Source: Anaerolineae bacterium
GTDB taxonomy: Bacteria > Chloroflexota > Anaerolineae > JAADDB01
Assembly: GCA_015486895.1 (NCBI GenBank)
Contig: WFQT01000217.1
Location: 1-59,994 of the forward strand
DNA length: 59,994 bases
Direction: 5' to 3'
Shown here: piece by piece, positions 55,593 to 59,994 of the stretch
Layout: every line of letters begins with the position of its first letter
How positions within the stretch are numbered: position 1 is the first letter of the stretch
Notes under the pieces: generated by a model
Seen by the model: the letters and a program-made list of their open reading frames with translations, nothing else
The model's database searches: none
Told to the model about the DNA's origin: nothing
Translations under genes and position numbers: made by a program

Positions 55593-56957
55593 GTGAAAGA
55601 GGAACGAGAAATTGTAGTGGTTGGGCTTGGTCCCGGGCCGGCGAGTTTGATCACGCGGGAAGCGTGGGGCCTGCTGGCAGAGGCCGACACTATTTACTTG
55701 CGCACACAGGAGCACCCGGCGGTGGCACATTTCCCCGCCGAGTGGTCATGGCAATCATTTGATAACCTGTACGGCCGCTATGACCATTTCAGCGATGTTT
55801 ACGACGCCATCGTAGCAAACCTGGTCGAAGCGCTATCCACCACAAACCGGGTTGTCTATGCCGTGCCGGGCCACCCGCGCATGGGGGAAGCTACCACGCC
55901 TCGATTAGAACAGCTTGCCGCAGCCAATGGCTTTCAAGTGCAAGTGATTGCCGGCCTGAGCTTTTTGGAGCCAGTTTGCGACTTGCTACACATCGACCCT
56001 ATGGACGGCTGCCAAGTATACGACGCCATGCTGTTAGCCGGCGAGTATTTCCCCACCACCTCGCCCGATCATCCGCTCTTGCTGGCACAACTATACAGTC
56101 GCGCCTTAGCTAGCGACGTTAAACTGACGCTACTATCCGCTTACCCGGAGGAGCATCCTGTTTTCTTAGTGCGACAAGCCGGCACCTCCCGCGCCACCGC
56201 ACGGGAGCTGCCGTTATACCGCTTAGATCACAGCGACGTCATTTTCGACCACCTGACTGCCCTTTACGTACCATCCTGGAAGAAAGCAGCCGACTACACC
56301 GCCTTGCAAAACGTGGTGGCCCGTCTGCGAGCTCCCGGCGGTTGCCCATGGGACCGGGCCCAGACGCACCTAAGCCTGAGAGAGAGCCTGCTGGAAGAAA
56401 CATATGAAGTACTGGACGCACTTGACCGCGAAGATATGCTGGCCCTTCAAGAAGAGCTAGGTGACTTGCTACTGCAAGTAGCGTTACACACTGAGATTGC
56501 AGCGGAAGAGGGAAATTTTCGCTTGGGAGATGTCATTCATAGTATTGTGAGCAAGTTAATTCGCCGCCACCCCCACGTTTTCGGAGAGGTTACCGTTAAC
56601 AGCGTTGAGGAGGTCTTACACAACTGGGAGGAAATCAAGAAAGCGGAGAATGCAGCCTCGAAACCAGGGAGAAAGCCAACAGTCTATGATCCCTTTGTCT
56701 CCGTCCCCCGGACGCTGCCAGCTTTGGCACAGGCAGCGGTATATTTGCGCAAAGCCAGCGACCGCCTGGATGCGGCTTTGCCGCCGACAAAGCACCTTTT
56801 GCCGGACAGCCTGACCCCTGAGGCGTTGGGAGACTACCTCCTGCAAATAGTACAACAAGCTCGACAAGAGCAGGTAGATGCCGAGGCAGCTTTGCGGGAA
56901 GCTAATAGCCGTTTTGCCGACCGTGTGCGAGCTTTAGTAACAAGCGCCAAGCAATAG
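55593..56957 (+). CDS. YabN-type fusion: tetrapyrrole-methylase-like domain plus MazG nucleoside-triphosphate pyrophosphohydrolase.
   Basis: N-terminus VVGLGPGPASLIT...VVYAVPGHP. C-terminus GCPWDRAQTH.SL...EEtYEv.DA...ELGDLLLQV. Confidence 0.85.
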   Translation: MKEEREIVVVGLGPGPASLITREAWGLLAEADTIYLRTQEHPAVAHFPAEWSWQSFDNLYGRYDHFSDVYDAIVANLVEALSTTNRVVYAVPGHPRMGEATTPRLEQLAAANGFQVQVIAGLSFLEPVCDLLHIDPMDGCQVYDAMLLAGEYFPTTSPDHPLLLAQLYSRALASDVKLTLLSAYPEEHPVFLVRQAGTSRATARELPLYRLDHSDVIFDHLTALYVPSWKKAADYTALQNVVARLRAPGGCPWDRAQTHLSLRESLLEETYEVLDALDREDMLALQEELGDLLLQVALHTEIAAEEGNFRLGDVIHSIVSKLIRRHPHVFGEVTVNSVEEVLHNWEEIKKAENAASKPGRKPTVYDPFVSVPRTLPALAQAAVYLRKASDRLDAALPPTKHLLPDSLTPEALGDYLLQIVQQARQEQVDAEAALREANSRFADRVRALVTSAKQ

Positions 56958-57118
56958 AGAGGAAACAGTCCGCGAGAAAACTGCCCTCGCGGTGGCCCGC
57001 AGTGTAGCACTGAACGAGAGGCCTACGCGCTTAGATGAAAGCAGCCTCAACTTAACGCACATACTGAACACTGTTTTAGAAACAATACAAATCCCTATAG
57101 GGGGAGGCCAGGTAATGA

Positions 57119-57823
57119 TCAGCTAAAGCCCAAATTGCGGCTTTTCAGGCTGACAAAGCCGGGGTTGCCGATAATCAGGTGATCCAATACCGCGACATCC
57201 AAAAGTTCTCCAGCAGCCACAATCTGCTTGGTCACCTGAACATCCTCAGGGGAAGGAGCTGGATCTCCAGAAGGGTGGTTATGCGCCAAGATGATCGCTT
57301 TGCTATTCTCCCGGATAGCGCGGCGGAACACCTCGGCGACGCGAATATTTGCCTGGTTCAGCGAGCCGCGATAAAGCATCACCTGCCGGGTAACGCTGTG
57401 GCGGTTGTTCAACAACAACAACCGCACCTCTTCCTGTTCTAAGAAGCGCATCTCGGTCAACAAGTTCGCCGCGTCTTGAGGGGAACGGATAACTATTCCG
57501 GCATCGGGTGCTTCGCTCAACAGCCTGCGGCCTAATTCCAATGCCGCCTGGATCTGCGCTGCTTTTGCCACTCCGATTCCCTTTTGTTGGCAGAGCTGGC
57601 CAAAGTCCGCTTTCGCCAGGCCACTCAGCCCTCGGAAATCACGCAGCAACGTTTCCGCAACGTGAATAGCGCTGCGACCTTCCATGCCCACCCGCAAAAT
57701 AATGGCCAGCAGTTCCGGCGTAGAAAGAGCGGCAGGCCCGTAGTGGGCTAAACGCTCCCGAGGTCGCTCATTGCTAGGCAAGTCTAAGATTCGAGTCGTA
57801 TAGCTATTCGCAGTCACTGACAT
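57119..57823 (-). CDS. radC: RadC-family JAB/MPN domain protein.
   Basis: PRERL...ELLAIILRVG... and the C-terminal JAMM motif ILAHNHPSGDPAPSPED. Confidence 0.9.
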   Translation of the reverse strand: MSVTANSYTTRILDLPSNERPRERLAHYGPAALSTPELLAIILRVGMEGRSAIHVAETLLRDFRGLSGLAKADFGQLCQQKGIGVAKAAQIQAALELGRRLLSEAPDAGIVIRSPQDAANLLTEMRFLEQEEVRLLLLNNRHSVTRQVMLYRGSLNQANIRVAEVFRRAIRENSKAIILAHNHPSGDPAPSPEDVQVTKQIVAAGELLDVAVLDHLIIGNPGFVSLKSRNLGFS

Positions 57824-58140
57824 GGGGGAACCTCCTTGGCGTGTTCGCCGGGCATGTTATTGCTGAACTGATATGGCTGATGTATAATGGCCCGCTGTAG
57901 GCTATGAATTCACCGGCGGAACGGCGAGCAAATTCGGTGCGTCTACTCATTGACCATAATCCCTGGGCAATGCGTCACACGCCAACATGTTTTCACAAAC
58001 GAATATCCATGTGGAAAGTAAACGATAGCACCAGGAGCTAATCAGGTGGTGAAATTCTGTGTCTCAAACAAAAACGTCAGAGTCCAGTCAAGTATCACCC
58101 CGCACCCTTACAGCGGGATATAAAGAGGTGAGAAAAAAGA

Positions 58141-58659
58141 ATGTCTGCCCAGATTAGTAATCAGATCGCCATCATCGTCCAGACAATCATTACCACTTTG
58201 GCCGCCTTCACCGTGGCTTTTTGGTTAGGATTAGCTATCTGGACTTTCCGGGACATCTACGCCCGTTCCCGAGACATTTTAGCCCTAATCTTCGCACCGT
58301 TACTGGTTTTGCTCTTAGGCCCGGCCGGCTGGCTGATCTACCTCTTGTTGCGCCCCCATCGCACGTTAGCCGAGATCTATGACCAGGCATTGGAAGAAGA
58401 CCTGCTACTACAGCAGATCGAAAATACGCTCGTCTGCCCTAACTGCAAACGCCCGGTAGAGAAAGATTGGCAAGTTTGCCCTTACTGCCACACTCCGCTG
58501 CGCCGTCCTTGCCCCAACTGCGGCCGTCTCATCGATGTTTCCTGGGACATCTGTCCCTACTGCGCCACAGAAGTAGCCCCGGCACTGGTGACGCGGGAAG
58601 AAGAGGTAGTCTCAACCACGCCAATTCCTGCCGAAGCAAGCGCTGGAAGCAGCCAGTAG
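58141..58659 (+). CDS. Membrane protein with a double zinc ribbon.
   Basis: Two N-terminal TM helices, then CPNC...CPYC...CPNC...CPYC. Confidence 0.7.
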   Translation: MSAQISNQIAIIVQTIITTLAAFTVAFWLGLAIWTFRDIYARSRDILALIFAPLLVLLLGPAGWLIYLLLRPHRTLAEIYDQALEEDLLLQQIENTLVCPNCKRPVEKDWQVCPYCHTPLRRPCPNCGRLIDVSWDICPYCATEVAPALVTREEEVVSTTPIPAEASAGSSQ

Positions 58660-58665
58660 TCTTGA

Positions 58666-59172
58666 TCAGGCAGATTGCCGTTGCCACCAATCTGTGATTC
58701 GACGCTCACTTCGCCGGTCTCGCCTGGCAATGTTTAGGAGGAGATCAGCAATGCTTATCTGGCCGCCTGGCCCGGGATAAGGGAATGTTTGCCGAAAGAA
58801 ATCATCGCTAAAGGCGCTCAAAGTGATATGCGTTTCCTCCCGGACCCAGTAATATTCCCGCAGAATCTCTGTCCAAGTCAGACTACGTTTGTGCTGCACC
58901 TGCATCGCCAACCAGTTCTCCACGCCCTCATAGAACTCCTGCCAATCCGGCGTCTCGCCGTGGTCTAATTGCTGAATGCGGGTCAGCAAGCAGCTTTCCC
59001 AGGCGATGCTTTCACTAAGCATATCTTTCACCGAGCGATCTGGTGCTACGCCTAACACGAACCGTTGTTCGTAAGGGACATCACGAGTAGCAGCTAACAG
59101 CGCCACCCGGGCGCCACTCAACTCGCTTAGCACGCGCTCCCGTAATTCAGCAACGCTTTCCTTAACAGACAC
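58666..59172 (-). CDS. Hypothetical protein, possibly of the DinB/ClbS-like four-helix-bundle superfamily.
   Basis: There is only weak pattern similarity (SVKDMLSESIAWES...). GTG start. Confidence 0.3.
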   Translation of the reverse strand: MSVKESVAELRERVLSELSGARVALLAATRDVPYEQRFVLGVAPDRSVKDMLSESIAWESCLLTRIQQLDHGETPDWQEFYEGVENWLAMQVQHKRSLTWTEILREYYWVREETHITLSAFSDDFFRQTFPYPGPGGQISIADLLLNIARRDRRSERRITDWWQRQSA

Positions 59173-59189
59173 GTTGTATGCGCACTCTT

Positions 59190-59994
59190 TCAGTGAGCCG
59201 ATCTCAAAAGGGATACCTGCTCGTCAGCATGGTAGGAAGAACGCACCAGTGGCCCCGATTCCACGAATCGAAAGCCGCGACTTAATCCTTCCTCTTTCAG
59301 TAAGTCAAATTCCGCCGGCGTATAATAACGCTCAATAGGCAAATGGTGACGGCTAGGCTGTAAGTATTGGCCGATAGTCAAAATGTCACACGACACTGCC
59401 CGCAGATCGTCCATGACTTGCAACAGCTCTTCCCAACGCTCTCCTAAGCCCACCATAATGCCGGATTTAGTTATGCTCTCTGGCCGAATCTCTTTAGCCA
59501 AGCGAATCACCTCTAAGGAACGGGGATATTTTGCCTGGGGCCGGGCCCGACGGTATAACCGCGGTACGGTCTCCACATTGTGGTTCAAAATCTCCGGTCC
59601 CGCTTCCATAACAGTTCGCAAGGCCTCTTCATCCCCCTGGAAATCAGGGATAAGCACCTCCACCGTGCATCCAGTGACCAATTGGTGGATCAACCGCACA
59701 CTCTCGGCAAATATGGCCGCCCCGCCGTCCGGCAGGTCATCGCGCGTCACCGATGTCAACACTGCATGGCGGAGTCCCATAAGCTTCACCGTCTCCGCAA
59801 CTCGCCGCGGCTCATCTTCATCCACCGGCAAAGGACGGCCGGTTTTGATATTGCAAAAGCCACAGGAACGAGTGCAAGTATCCCCCAGCAACAAAAACGT
59901 CGCCGTTCCCCGTCCCCAGCACTCGCCAATGTTCGGACAGTGCGCTTCCTCGCACACTGTGTGTAACGATTCGCCGTGGACTAACTGCTTAATG
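59190..59994 (-). CDS. lipA: Lipoyl synthase, 5'-partial (runs off the window end).
   Basis: [35 protein letters not shown]. The frame remains open from 59957 to the window edge ([13 protein letters not shown]...). Confidence 0.93.
   Translation of the reverse strand, partial: IKQLVHGESLHTVCEEAHCPNIGECWGRGTATFLLLGDTCTRSCGFCNIKTGRPLPVDEDEPRRVAETVKLMGLRHAVLTSVTRDDLPDGGAAIFAESVRLIHQLVTGCTVEVLIPDFQGDEEALRTVMEAGPEILNHNVETVPRLYRRARPQAKYPRSLEVIRLAKEIRPESITKSGIMVGLGERWEELLQVMDDLRAVSCDILTIGQYLQPSRHHLPIERYYTPAEFDLLKEEGLSRGFRFVESGPLVRSSYHADEQVSLLRSAH

Overview
This is a densely coding chromosomal window with about 55 protein genes. I found no rRNA, tRNA, CRISPR array, transposase, integrase or phage genes by eye. 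The Thr/Pro-rich linkers, SdrD-B-like surface proteins and overall gene content suggest a Chloroflexota (Anaerolineae-like) genome, but that is inference only.

Gene order:
- A 5'-truncated PT-repeat surface protein, then a secreted alpha/beta hydrolase and a small polysaccharide cluster (methyltransferase, Wzx-like flippase, two glycosyltransferases).
- dnaE, a UMF1-type MFS transporter, the CCA-adding enzyme and a HAD hydrolase.
- The conserved rpmH-rnpA-yidD-yidC-jag block on the minus strand. rpmH is too short for the ORF track and was found by hand.
- A zinc-finger-less DnaJ-like protein, a DUF554 protein, trpF, a NUDIX hydrolase and a DUF4349 protein.
- A complete AmmeMemoRadiSam triad (radical SAM, Memo, AMMECR1).
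- A tungsten-type aldehyde:ferredoxin oxidoreductase with a beta-grasp partner.
- A roughly 1.1-kb island with no convincing gene (29026-30138), followed by gene debris and more repeats up to mtaB at 30976.
- mtaB, glyA, a GT2 glycosyltransferase, an ABC1 kinase and ssb.
- A 7.3-kb minus-strand operon: NuoE-like, NuoF-like, a 2Fe-2S/4Fe-4S protein, a DLH-like protein, a Cys-type formate dehydrogenase catalytic subunit, two VOC proteins and an M20 amidohydrolase.
- A TPR lipoprotein, a GH36-like hydrolase and a second M20 amidohydrolase.
- ndk, a cyclase/formamidase, malQ, an archaeal-type ThrRS-editing-domain-like protein, a YabN/MazG fusion, radC, a zinc-ribbon membrane protein, a DinB/ClbS-like protein and a 5'-partial lipA.

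The most unusual signal is non-coding. Several families of dispersed, modular intergenic repeats are built from 7-nt words iterated every 9-11 bp. One composite copy pair forms ~300-bp inverted repeats that bracket dnaE. Related modules bracket ssb. One module has 11-bp terminal inverted repeats with GTAAC flanks and looks MITE-like.

I see no clear novel protein-encoded system such as a defence island. The candidates worth follow-up are the repeat system, the twin palindromes upstream of the formate dehydrogenase operon, the split Fdh operon with embedded non-redox genes, the free-standing ThrRS-ED-like gene and the AmmeMemoRadiSam triad. All identities are by-eye estimates; nothing was computed or searched.
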